Positions 1-11,251 of a stretch of DNA of 64,000 nucleotides are shown here, one piece after another (within the stretch, counting starts at the first letter, position 1; each line of letters opens with the position of its first letter). Location: positions 22,444,001 to 22,508,000 of the forward strand of contig OZ024758.1 in NCBI GenBank assembly GCA_964016885.1, in the 5' to 3' direction. The DNA is from Eledone cirrhosa (lineage: Eukaryota). The notes under the pieces are model-generated. The model was given only the letters and a program-made list of their open reading frames with translations. It was not told where the DNA came from and did no database searches. The position numbers and the translations under genes were made by a program.

Positions 1-941
1 GTATCCTTGCGTGTCCATAGTTGGTCCTCGAAGGTGATTATGGTTTTACGGGCCGCAAGGATGACATCAACCTGGGCTCTAGTCAGGTCGCTATTGGTCA
101 TGGCCATGATAAGTGCCTTATTTAATAGGATAGGGGAAATAGAGGTGTAGTATGAATTGATATCAAATTGAATAAATTTTTTGTTTTTATTATTCTTGAT
201 ATCCTTAAACCATTCAATTACTTCACCCGTATTTCCCCATTGTTTAAGGTGTATCTTGTGTTTAATTTGTGGGATGATTTTATCCAAAATCTTCTTGCTG
301 ATAATACCAATGTCGGACTTGGAAGGGCAGATAAGTCTTATCGTGGGGTTGCTGATGAAGTTCTCCTTATGGTCCTTCAGAGAGAATCTAGGGGGGTTCG
401 GAGTGAAAGGTTGTGTATGCCTCTGTAGTCCTAGTTTAGACACTATATTATAACCCTCTACATTAATATCTTCTAAGTTTTTCAAGGTGGTTTTTTTGTA
501 GCTTTTATGTAGTTCATTATATATAAACTTTCTATAAGTAATATAATCTAGGCTGTATATGTTATTAGTTTTATCTGCGTGTACAATAATTTTATTACTA
601 GTTTTGAATCCACTAATAGAAGTGTTAAGTTTGTTTAAGAAGGTGTTGCTTCTAATATGGTGCTTATTGTATTTAATGTTCTTAACTAGTTTAACTAGGT
701 CATTTTCAAAGGAGTTAAGTAGAGTGTTATGAGGGGGGCTTTTAAAGGTTTTAAAGCCGAAGGAGTCAAAATTGTTAGTATTATTCAAGTTGTTAGATTT
801 GTTTCTATCATAATGGAATGTCCTCCATCTCACTCTATTGATAAATGAATTTACACTGTTGATCAGCAATTTCTCATATGTATTCCTGGATGGTATTGGT
901 ATGTTCTTGGTTGACATGGGGAGTTGGTCTTTGATTAGCAT
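1..941 (-). CDS. Penelope-like element (Naiad-type) ORF, N-terminal part including start of RT; runs off the left window edge
   Basis: Manual translation from ATG at 941 gives ~313 codons with no stop: MLIKDQLPMSTKNIPIPSRNTYEKLL..RVRWR..FGFKT..FENDLVKLVKNIKY..VHADKTNNIY..LKDHKENF..RLICPSKSDIGIISKKILD..QWGNT..FIQFDINSYYTSI..ARKT..LWTRKD. DKT, KDHK, RLIxPxKSxIG and FDI are PLE RT-region motifs. Probably absent from the ORF track because no stop lies in the window. Confidence 0.9.
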   Translation of the reverse strand, partial: MLIKDQLPMSTKNIPIPSRNTYEKLLINSVNSFINRVRWRTFHYDRNKSNNLNNTNNFDSFGFKTFKSPPHNTLLNSFENDLVKLVKNIKYNKHHIRSNTFLNKLNTSISGFKTSNKIIVHADKTNNIYSLDYITYRKFIYNELHKSYKKTTLKNLEDINVEGYNIVSKLGLQRHTQPFTPNPPRFSLKDHKENFISNPTIRLICPSKSDIGIISKKILDKIIPQIKHKIHLKQWGNTGEVIEWFKDIKNNKNKKFIQFDINSYYTSISPILLNKALIMAMTNSDLTRAQVDVILAARKTIITFEDQLWTRKD

Positions 942-1190
942 ATTGGCAATATTATATGTCAGCTCAACGATATGGAGCAGTTAATAGTATTAGTTATACT
1001 ATTTATGGTTATGTAAATACAAAGCCTTAAGCAGTTGTAAGTATTTTACACACACCCTAAATAGTGGTAGGCAGTAACGTATTACTACCTTATTACCAGT
1101 AAGTTAAGTAGCTCAATGTAAAAACATCAGATGATTTACAGAGCAGTTATATGAAATATAAGAATCAAAGAACTGTTCAAAACATTATTG

Positions 1191-1237
1191 TGCTTACAGC
1201 TGTTTCCTCCAAACCGAGGTTTGGATTCTTCGGAGCA
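1191..1237 (-). ncRNA. Type I hammerhead ribozyme motif in pLTR (sense to PLE ORF)
   Basis: Minus strand: TGCT-CCGAAGA-a TCCAAAC ctcg GTTTGGA g-GAAA-CAGCTG-TA-AGCA. Confidence 0.8.
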
Positions 1238-2853
1238 ATTTATTAATGCATGGACAGTTATATGACCTCCTTTTCAGCCGAGAGACATACCAAATACATA
1301 TTCAAACATTGATACATATTCAAACATTGTGGGTCAACATTCATTACAGAATTTAGAGTGGCAGTACACACTTCGAGATTACATTTATATTAATAGGTAC
1401 AATCAAAAATCAAAGATATAGGTTAAAGTACAGCATGAAGATAAGTGGTTATATAGTGCAAATGTTATATGTGTGGCACGCATGTGCGTCTTGTTTATAT
1501 AGTGTGGCAGAGAGATATGTGTGGTAGAGGCACTTAGGTAGGTAAATAAGAGTGTTAGGTTGGTAGGTCTGGTGGCAAAGTCTTTATATGGCAGGTGTGA
1601 CAACATCCACCCACTTGATGGCACTACACCGCTCTAAGGGTAATTTTGAGCATGAATTGATCGGTTGGATGTTGTTGGGCAGAGGAAACACCTTCCTTAG
1701 ACAGATGTAAAATGATTTAATCGAGTAGCGCTGTTGACCAGTAGGACCGGGCTGCTGAGCGCAGTGAGTGAATGCAATGCAACTGCCGTGCGGGTTGTAC
1801 GTATATGGATGATCTGACGGTCAGAGAGGGGTCGCGAGGACTGCGGATTGACCTTGGCCTGCCTGGGGACGATTATCTTTCGACATCCAATGTAGCAAGC
1901 GATGACCCAGATCTTACCAGAGATCATTGGGTCCTGAAGCAATCCTGCAATCACCGCGCCTGGTCATATGAGCAGACTACAACCACAGAGATCATTTTAG
2001 AATCCTCGCTCATCATCTATAATTTCCATTTGTAGCACCTTAAGATGGGTTAATCCACCTTAATAATAATATAAACTACTCTATAGTTAGTACACTTTAT
2101 GCTTTAAAAGTCTCTCTTGGAAGGTGCACCTCACCATAGAATTTAGGGTCTATATTGGGACACATTTTAATGGCTAGATATAGAAACCCCAGAGTTACCT
2201 CCCCGCATGCATTAACTCCCCTTAGCCACACACACACTTCCGGTATTCAATGGCGTTTCTCGAAACGTAACATCCCCCTGTATCGAACTAAAGAACACCA
2301 GACTACGATCTCTTACTGGATTGTCGTGGATTATGTGAAAGGCATATAATCGAAATATACACTCCCTTGACCATGAAAATGCCGAAGTACATGAATTACT
2401 TGACATCCCTGCGCTGTGCATCTCCAATACTTATAACACTTTTAATGCTTGCACTATCTTTAATGCTTATAATATTTCTCCACACACAGACTATATCAAT
2501 CATATAAAGACTTTGCCACCAGACCTACCAACCTAACACTCTTATTTACCTACCTAAGTGCCTCTACCACACATATCTCTCTGCCACACTATATAAACAA
2601 GACGCACATGCGTGCCACACATATAACATTTGCACTATATAACCACTTATCTTCATGCTGTACTTTAACCTATATCTTTGATTTTTGATTGTACCTATTA
2701 ATATAAATGTAATCTCGAAGTGTGTACTGCCACTCTAAATTCTGTAATGAATGTTGACCCACAATGTTTGAATATGTATCAATGTTTGAATATGTATTTG
2801 GTATGTCTCTCGGCTGAAAAGGAGGTCATATAACTGTCCATGCATTAATAAAT

Positions 2854-2900
2854 TGCTCCGAAGAATCCAAACCTCGGTTTGGAGGAAACAGCTGTAAGCA
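2854..2900 (+). ncRNA. Type I hammerhead ribozyme motif in inverted pLTR copy
   Basis: Mirror copy of 1191-1237: stem I TGCT/AGCA, 7-bp stem II, palindromic stem III CAGCTG. Confidence 0.8.
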
Positions 2901-3107
2901 CAATAATGTTTTGAACAGTTCTTTGATTCTTATATTTCATATAACTGCTCTGTAAATCATCTGATGTTTTTACATTGAGCTACTTAACTTACTGGTAATA
3001 AGGTAGTAATACGTTACTGCCTACCACTATTTAGGGTGTGTGTAAAATACTTACAACTGCTTAAGGCTTTGTATTTACATAACCATAAATAGTATAACTA
3101 ATACTAT

Positions 3108-3160
3108 ATTTATATATATATATTTATATATATATTTATATATATATTTATATATATATT

Positions 3161-3235
<75 letters not shown>

Positions 3236-3238
3236 ATT

Positions 3239-3313
<75 letters not shown>

Positions 3314-3316
3314 ATT

Positions 3317-3371
<55 letters not shown>

Positions 3372-3400
3372 ATATATTTATATATATTTATATATATATT

Positions 3401-3431
<31 letters not shown>

Positions 3432-3612
3432 ATATATTTATATATATTTATATATATATTTATATATATATATACATATTTATATATATATATATATTTA
3501 TATATATAATCATCATTATTATTTTTACGTTTGCTTTTCCATGCTTGCATGGGTTGGATGTACATATATGTATATATACGTATATATATATATATATGTA
3601 TCTCTATATATA

Positions 3613-3650
<38 letters not shown>
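3108..3650. repeat. (TA)n microsatellite
   Basis: Directly visible; abuts the pLTR end. Confidence 0.97.
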
Positions 3651-3652
<2 letters not shown>

Positions 3653-3662
3653 TCCTATAGAA

Positions 3663-3763
3663 ATAACTTCTACAACACTAGAACTGTTTCATTTGTTAGA
3701 AATCATCAGGAAAGTCTTGTTGATTTCAAATGAAAGAAACAGTTTTAGTCTTGTAGAAGTTAT
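3663..3763. ncRNA. Back-to-back inverted pair of hammerhead motifs (minus 3666-3715 near-canonical; plus 3716-3763 degenerate)
   Basis: Minus: ACTTTC-CTGATGA-tttctaacaaat-GAAA-CAGttctagtgTTG-TA-GAAGT. Plus: cTTGTTGA-TTTCaaatGAAA-GAAA-CAGttttagtcTTG-TA-GAAGT. Same family as 18195-18249. Confidence 0.7.
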
Positions 3764-4066
3764 ATTTATATGAAATATAATTTATATTGAGTACCTCTAC
3801 TAATTTATATTGAGTACCCTGTATAACTGTGTTTTTTCTGTTTCTCTTCGGAAAAGCATTATATATAATTATATATATATATTGCACACACTTTCTCACA
3901 CACATATATAATTATTTATTTTGAAATTTTTGTCCTCTTTAGCAGGCTGATATGAGCCTTGTACATGGCAGGAAGTAAAGTGGTGATCATAATATTACAG
4001 GTCAAGAATGTCTATCAACTCAATTCCAACTCCTAGTAAGGTTATTGGTGCTAATGCTTCAGCTAG

Positions 4067-4124
<58 letters not shown>

Positions 4125-4432
4125 AAATCCCATACCAAATGCCCTTACCGAATCTCCCTGTATGTAATTTATGTAGTTATTAATTTAACTGTAAACCTTT
4201 TCTAGCTTTTGCAGCATATAAAAATATTTATTACAATATGCATTTTAAAGTCTTTTACTCAATGAGGCAACAAGTGTATTTTTTTTTTCTTCTTTTGAAA
4301 TATTTGACAATTATTTTGCTGTTCAATATTTTTTATGTCACACTATATATATTTTCTCCTTGCATGAACATTCCTAGAATGGCTTATTCCAGCTGTCAGC
4401 TCTGATACATCACAGTTTGTATTGATTGATAA

Positions 4433-5985
4433 CACTGGGGAACACAACTTTTTGTGACTTCAATTTTAGACCTACTTCTGTGTATATTGGGGTTGCTGAT
4501 TCTAAAAATGACATTAGTTCTTCTCTATTGACTCTGCTTACCAAGATATATATCAATGTATGTTTATATATAATGCATACAATGTTATATAATCGATGAC
4601 ATGACTGGCAACCACTTTTGTTGCTAATTTAATACAAAACTATGATAATGTTAGCTAAAATAGTATATTAACATCAAACCAGCATAAAGTACGAAAACTA
4701 CTTATTAAATTCAAACAAGCTTAAGACACAAACGACTAGCTTTCTATGACTGGATGCCTTTCCTAGCACCAACCACTTTACAGCATGTACTAGGTGCTTT
4801 TATTGTGTAGATCACCAGCACTAGGGAGGTTATCATGTCCTTGACACAACTAAAAGGTCCTCCCAACCTTTTGTTTAGCAAGCTTTCACCAAATGGTTGT
4901 GGACGTAATGCCATTTGATGCTCAATTTACAACCAAGTTTACAAAATGAAGAGAGCATATAGTTCCTCAGGAAATTCTTTGCTACCATATTAAGGATATA
5001 TGAAGGCTGGATAGAATTGAAGCAAGTATGCTTCGAAGGATATGCTATGTCAATGTGTGTGAACAACCAAGCATGGACAAGTTGAGAGAGAAACTGTGTT
5101 TAAGAGGAATAAGCTGTAGTGTTCAGGAGAGAAGACTATGTTGGTATGGAGATGTGATGTGCATGGATGATGGCCATTGGGTGAAGAAGTGCCAAGTAAT
5201 CCCAGTGGAAGGAAGACGGAGTAGAGAAAGACCACGGAAAACATGGGCGGAGGTGGTGAGAGCTGACCTCAGACAGCTGAAGCTCACAGAGGAGATGACG
5301 AAGGACTGTGACGAATGGAGAGATGCTGTGCTGAAGAGGACCCGTCCCACCCTTGCAAGCGGATGTAAAATGATGATGATGATGATTAAATGATGACAAT
5401 ACACATGCCTCAGTGTTGTCCATTGAGTGTTGTAAACACAGATCTTTGTCACTCAGTGTTCATCTTTTGTTCAACTGTCCCTGAGACATATAAATCATGG
5501 ATACTTAGTGTACTGACTCTGCTAGTATAGGAGAAAATTTGTCATCTTCAGATTCACACAGATCACCCATTGGTGGTCTCAGTATAATATGTCTTCTGGG
5601 ACTAATGACCAATTGGGATTGATCTTTATCTGTTGCCATTGTGTAGAACAAATAATTTTAGGCAAAAATGTTATTATTATAGACCTCCCTGTATGATCTG
5701 AGTTCAAATCCCGCCTTACGGGGTCGATAAAATAAAGTACCAGTAATGCACTGAGTAATTGCTGGCCTTGTGCCAAAAGTAGAAACAATTATTATAGAGA
5801 TGCAGTTAGATTTATGATCAACTCATAATACCATTCCAAAAGGGTAATGGAGTAGGTGATGACATATGTAATATCTCAAAAACTAGAGCTGTTAGACCAA
5901 AATGGAGTCTGAATCAGTGGCATAAAAATATCCAGAATCTGGTCTAAAATCTCAGGTACCAAGAAAAAAATTTTGTTCCCCAGTA
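4433..5985. mobile_element. Non-autonomous Chapaev3-like DNA transposon containing nested RTE and SINE fragments
   Basis: Ends CACTGGGGAACA...TGTTCCCCAGTA with flanking TAA on both sides (4430-4432, 5986-5988); CACWG ends with a TWA TSD are typical of Chapaev3. Confidence 0.6.
4985..5395 (+). mobile_element. RTE-clade LINE 3' fragment
   Basis: MLRRIC..LREKL..RRLCWYGDVM..EGRRSRERPRKTWAEVVRADL..W followed by a (TGA)n tail. Confidence 0.85.
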
Positions 5986-6711
5986 TAATCAAAGCACTTT
6001 CATTATATGAGTTCTTGAAAACCCTTTAAGAGGATTTAAGAATTGTTCCTATTTTTTTTTTTTTTTTACACTTTCTATCTGGAGTTTGATTAGACATAGT
6101 TCCTGTTATTGACCAATTGACCATTTAGTGAACACTTCCAGTTAGTTGAGATCGGTCAGTCTGTCTCACTTGCACTGTCTTCATATTCCAGCAGGAAACC
6201 TGTTTATATTCTATGAGGTCTGCCTAGAGGGATTTAAAATATTACTGTCAGAAATTTAACACATTTGAATACAAAGACAATCTTTGGTGTTGTGATCATG
6301 GTAATTATAAAAATAATGAAATAATATTATATGGTGATGATGATAATATAGTTATATAATAATAATTAATTAAAAAAAAAATATTACTAAATAATTTTAT
6401 CAATTTTTCAAGCTGGGAATTTTTTATTTTTTATTTTTTTTTTTTCCTTATGTGTGTTGTCAGGTCTTTAATGACCCTTGGTATTTTCCTTAACAAGCAT
6501 CATGCTGTCCATTCATTAGTGCAAATTATATAGTTTAACCACAAATGTTATTGAATCTGTAGCAGTGGAGATTTCTGGTGTCCTTAGTCCCTGCTATTGG
6601 AATGACTATTTCAATGCGTCTCTCTTGCTATCATTTGGAGCATCTGTTTCTCCATTCTATCCACTGAGACCATGAAGCAGCTTGCACCTGGGTTTCTGTG
6701 TGTCAGCATTC

Positions 6712-6990
6712 TTCTACCACACTGCCTGGGCTCATATCATTAGAGCAGTGATGATCAAATATTTGTTGTAGTGAGCAGATATTTCAACATACTTCCACCA
6801 CACTGTCTGAGCTCATATCATTAGGGAAGCACTGGTCATATATTTACTGTAGTTAGCTATTTCAACATACTTCCACCACACTGTCTGGGCTCATAACATT
6901 AGGGCTGCATTGGTCATATATTTACTGTAGTTAGCTATTTTAACATACTTCCACCACACTGTCTGAGCTCATATCATTAGGGCAGCGATG
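6712..6990. repeat. ~78-bp tandem repeat, ~3.5 copies
   Basis: cttccaccacactgtctg recurs at 6792, 6870 and 6948. Confidence 0.85.
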
Positions 6991-7654
6991 ACTGAGTATT
7001 CTTTCTCATATATTTGTTGTAGTTTCAACATACTTCATATATACATAGCAAACAACATTTTTTTTGTGTTCAGTAGAGGTCACTTTATCATTTTTGCTTG
7101 TGGTTGCACACCACAAATAACGAATCCCTATTAATGTCATTTGTGCTACATTTAGGAATGTACCTGTGGATTAAAGGTAAGCTCTTATTAGCCGAATTCC
7201 TTCATTCAATTTTGATTTCCGGCTTTAGCTATTTCAGTTATATTGCTCAAAACAAAAAACGACTCCTAAATCTGAGCCTTGTGCCTATATAAAACCTTGA
7301 TATTACTGTTCAGTTTGGGATTGATCATCACCATTATTTTGACGTCCATTTTCACGCTTGCTGAAAAGTATGTTCACTTCCATTGTTACTCACTTCAAGT
7401 TTTACATCTTGCTTTAGCTTCTATTTTTTTAACATATATAAAGTATGTTTAATCTTTTCTGTTATTTACATATAAGAGATTGTGTTATGTTAGTCAGTAT
7501 CCTGTTTGATATTAGTTTGATATTGGTTTGATATTGGTTTGATATTGGTTTGATAAAGTTTATATTTCTCACAATCTACTTCATTCCTGATGTCCTGCTT
7601 TCACCATATTGCTTTAAAAAAAAAAAAAAAAAAAAATTATATTTCTACATTGCT

Positions 7655-7870
7655 GTGGATTGGCAGAATTGGTAAAGTGCTGGGCAACATGCTTTGCAAC
7701 ATAGAGTTACAGCCCTTTACGTTCTGAGTACAAATCCCTCCGAGGTTAGCTTTTCCTTTCATCCTTACGGGGTCGATAAAATAAAGTACCAGTAATGTAC
7801 TGGGGTCGATTTAATCGACTTTCTCCTCTCCCAAAATTGTTGGCCTTCTGCCTAAATCAGAAACAATTAT
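7655..7870 (+). mobile_element. tRNA-derived SINE family A (representative; >20 copies, e.g. 12309-12495+, 12906-13120+, 22600-22790+, 27738-27929+, 30030-30258-, 33985-34203-, 47050-47230-, 51412-51865+ tandem, 53290-53472+, 53985-54172+, 54840-55310- tandem, 56690-56872-, 60323-60520+, 61607-61795-, 63680-63865-)
   Basis: A-box-like TGGCAGWATCGG, B-box GAGTTCAAATCC, central GCCTTTCATCCTTACGGGGTCGATAAAATAAAGTACCAG, and a tail ending GTAGAAACAATTATTA. Confidence 0.9.
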
Positions 7871-7956
7871 ATTTGTACATGTTAAGATTTAATAAATGAA
7901 AATGTATTCTAATAATCTGAATATCATCATAAATAGATTGTTTATTTTACTTGCTT

Positions 7957-8312
7957 GTGAAACCTCTAATACCTCGGTTCACAAACATCTAGTACCTCGG
8001 TTCACAAACTTAATTCATTCCTGAAGGCCGTTTGTCATCTGAAATGTTCGAAAACCAAAACTATTTTTCCTGTTCAAAATATTGAGAGAGAGAGACTGTG
8101 TGTGAAAGATAGATAACACCATAGTAACTAACTACACAGTAAGTGATGCTTTCCTGCCAATACTTTCAGCTTGTTGCCAACAGTTGTTGCTGGTTTGTGT
8201 GTTTGATACTTGAGACACTGTTTGTCAATCGAGACATTTTATGTTCAGAAAAATTGTTCGTGAACCGATTTGTTCATGATGAAAGGTGTTAGTGAACCAC
8301 GGTTCCACTGTA
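7957..8312. mobile_element. Tigger/pogo-like MITE remnant
   Basis: Right end GTGAACCACGGTTCCACTG-TA and left CCTCGGTTCACAAAC repeats. Confidence 0.5.
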
Positions 8313-8549
8313 GTTGTAAAATTGTAATACATTCTGGAATAGATGCATTCTCTTCATAACTTTGAACTGTTTGTTTTAATCAGAAGTTTTAGCTTGCTCT
8401 TCTGCTGCCAGCCAGTGAGAGAATTTCAGAACAAATGATTGTAGCAACAGAGAAAATGGACTTTGACCTGAAGCAATGGCAAATAACAATCAATTGTTCA
8501 TCTGTCCAACTGCTTTCAAAGGAACTCAATAATTATAATATTCATTTAA

Positions 8550-9375
8550 CCCTTTAGTATTTAACCATTTACCATTTACATTACTCTATATTTACTATTG
8601 TATTTTCGCAGTAAAAGCTTTACCTTACATAATATCTCACAAAACATCGAATCTGAGATTTTGATATTATATATTTTGAGAACAATACCTTAACATCAGT
8701 ATGAGTGGTCAGTTACAACTGGTTTGAACTGAAAGAGGGGAGTGTATTCTGGCTGGATATGGCCGGTTTAAATGCTAAAGGGTTAAACCAGCCATATCCA
8801 GCCAGAATCCTCTCACCTCTTTCTGTTCAAACTGGCCATAACCGACTGCTTATACTTGTTATAAGGTATGTTAAGGTATTGTTCTCAAAATAAATATCAA
8901 AAGCTCATAGATTCGATGTCATGTGAGATATTATGTAAGATAAAGCCTTTACCATGAAAATACAATAGTAAATATAAGGCAATGACAGACGACCGTGACC
9001 TCTGGCGTCACGCAGTAATACAGAGTACCTGACCTCCCATAGGTACAAGCTGAAGCATATAGACAATATGCCCCCCACACCCTCCCACTGCAAGGTGGTC
9101 GTGGAGGTGCCACGGCAAAAAAGCACCCAGCCCACACTGTAAAGTGGACGTGTAGGCGCCACGAAAAAGCACCCAGCACTCACTGTAAATGAGATTGGTG
9201 TTGGGAAGGGCATCCAGCTGTAGAAATCAAGCCAAATCAGTTCCTGTATGAGCAAGGCATGGTCAGCCGATCAGACACTGCCCACAACAGGACAACCCGT
9301 CAAACCCATGCTAGCGTGGAAGAACGGACGTAAAACGGTGATGATGATGATGAAAGTAATGTAAATGCTAAAGTG
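8550..9375. mobile_element. piggyBac-like MITE pair in opposite orientations (8550-8782; 8783-9375, interrupted by a SINE tail ~8985-9352)
   Basis: TTAA-CCCTTTAG(C/T)ATTTA ... TAAATGCTAAAGGG-TTAA. Confidence 0.8.
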
Positions 9376-9663
9376 TTAACTTTATCATTTTTGTTTAAAT
9401 TCGGTGTCGGGTCACTTCTCATATCCTATCTAAGTTCTTCTCCACAGTGAAGTTTTATAAAAATTGTTGCATTTTTGGTATTGAATTTATCAGATTCTAC
9501 ATAAATATTTACATTTATTGTTTGTTTTGTTTGTTTGTTTTTTAAATTTTCTTTGTGAATTAATAATAAAAAAAAAGAAGAAAATAGTGCTTTATGGTTG
9601 TGTTATGGATTGTCATAATATTTTTTTATTTTGATATTTTCTTTTGCTATTTTCTTTTGTTAG

Positions 9664-9757
9664 CCATCAATGCCCACTGTGGCTAATTTCACTGATCTTG
9701 CTGAACTGGTTAGCAAGATAGAAGACAATGCTGTTAATTATAGTTCCGATAGCGAAG
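9664..9757 (+). CDS. Exon of unknown host protein (PSMPTVANFTDLAELVSKIEDNAVNYSSDSE)
   Basis: Polypyrimidine tract + TAG acceptor, donor AG|gtaaga, phase 0 to 1, open frame joining the next exon. Confidence 0.65.
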
Positions 9758-10509
9758 GTAAGAGTAATTTCTTTACCTTTTTAATTTTTATTTAGTTTCA
9801 CGTGAGTTTTCTCATTTTGAGAATATTCCTGGTGGGGGCAGGCTTCCTAATGTATGACAGTAATGTCATATGGCTGCGTTAAACATAAAGCTGTCAATTT
9901 TTTTACATTAATTTTTCCATGTTGGCATGGGTTGGTTGAGATTTTTTTTAAGTTGAATTGTATGGCTGAATGCCCTACATATTCCCAGCCTCACATGTTT
10001 TTTTTAAAAGAAAGGTACAGATCTTCATGCATTTAATCATTGAACAGTAGGACTTCTGTTTCATCATCGTCATCATCTTCGTTTAACATCCATCTTCCAC
10101 GCTAGGGTTAGACGGGAGTTGTCTCACTTGAGGCAAGGTTGGTCGGGTGACCGTGTCTCGCTCATATAGGACTATCTGGCAGGTTTTCTATGGCTGGATG
10201 CCCTTCCTAAAACCAACCACATTTACAGTGTGGAACTTGTGCTAGTGATATTGCCTGGAGTGTCGTCCAATGCAGCTCTCGCTGAGGGCTGGTGCTATAA
10301 TAAAACACACCCAGTACACTCTGTAAGGTGGTTGGCATTAGAATAGAAAGGGCATCCAGTTGTTAAAACCATAATAACTATAGAACATATGAGCAGGATG
10401 TGGTCTCCCTGATCTGCCTGGTTTCGGACCATGACAACTCGTCCCGCCCACGCCAACATGGAAAGCAGATGTAAATATATTTCAATTTTTTTTTTTTTTT
10501 TTACATCAG

Positions 10510-10619
10510 AGGAAATATTACATGAAGAGTTTTATGATAGACACAACTCACCTGATTCAACATCATCAGAAGCTGAAGCATTACCTGAAGATGATGTATT
10601 ATTATTGCCGAAACCGAAT
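10510..10619 (+). CDS. Exon of unknown host protein (EEILHEEFYDRHNSPDSTSSEAEALPEDDVLLLPKPN)
   Basis: Poly-T + CAG acceptor, donor gtaagt, phase 1 to 0 matches both neighbours. Confidence 0.7.
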
Positions 10620-10638
10620 GTAAGTTGACTTTCTATAA

Positions 10639-11067
10639 CCCTTTAGCATTTAAACCAGCCATATCCAGCCAGAATTTTTTCACCTCTTTCTGTTCAAACC
10701 AGCTGTAACCGGCCACTCGTACTGATGATATTTATTTTAAGAACAATACCTTAACATCAAAATCTCATAGAATCAATATTATGTGAGATAAATGTGAAGT
10801 AATGCCTTTAGCACAAAATTATAGAGTAATGTAAATGTTGAAGGATTAACCCTTTAGCATTTAAATCGACTGTATCCGGTCAGAATTCTCTCACCTTTTT
10901 CTGTTCAAACTGGCTGTAATCAGCCACTCATACTGATGTTAAGGTATTGATCTCAAAACAAATATCAAAATCTAATAGCTTTGATATCATATGAGATAAT
11001 TAGGTGAGGTAAAGCCTTTACTGTGAAAATACAATAATAAATATAGACTAATGTAAATGCTAAAGGA
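10639..11067. mobile_element. Two head-to-tail piggyBac-like MITEs sharing one TTAA (10639-10845, 10850-11067), intronic
   Basis: CCCTTTAGCATTTA left ends, TAAATG..AAGGA-TTAA right ends. Confidence 0.8.
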
Positions 11068-11251
11068 TTAATATGCCTAAAGATAGATTGAGAATCGACA
11101 TGTTTTCCTAATTCAAAAATTACTTTAACTCTTTCATTATCCTATTTATAATGTATGCATTGTATTTGAATTAATGAAGAATTTGGAAGGATTTACTGAA
11201 ATTTGTATTTTCTAATCACCAAATTGAGGTATTCTTATTTTCTCTCTCCAG

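Larger units (their letters stand above)
984..3107. repeat. Inverted pseudo-LTR pair of the PLE: arms 984-1590 and 2501-3107 (607 bp), ~910-bp spacer
   Basis: Arms are reverse complements at every position I compared. The right arm ends directly in a (TA)n tract and the left arm leads into the ORF start. Confidence 0.92.

Noticed and set aside
7655-7745. tRNA genes
   Set aside because: A/B boxes belong to SINE heads that continue into SINE bodies; no complete cloverleaf seen.
10586-10625. CTGAAGA...GAAA inside the coding exon
   Set aside because: No stem I, II or III complementarity; coincidental.
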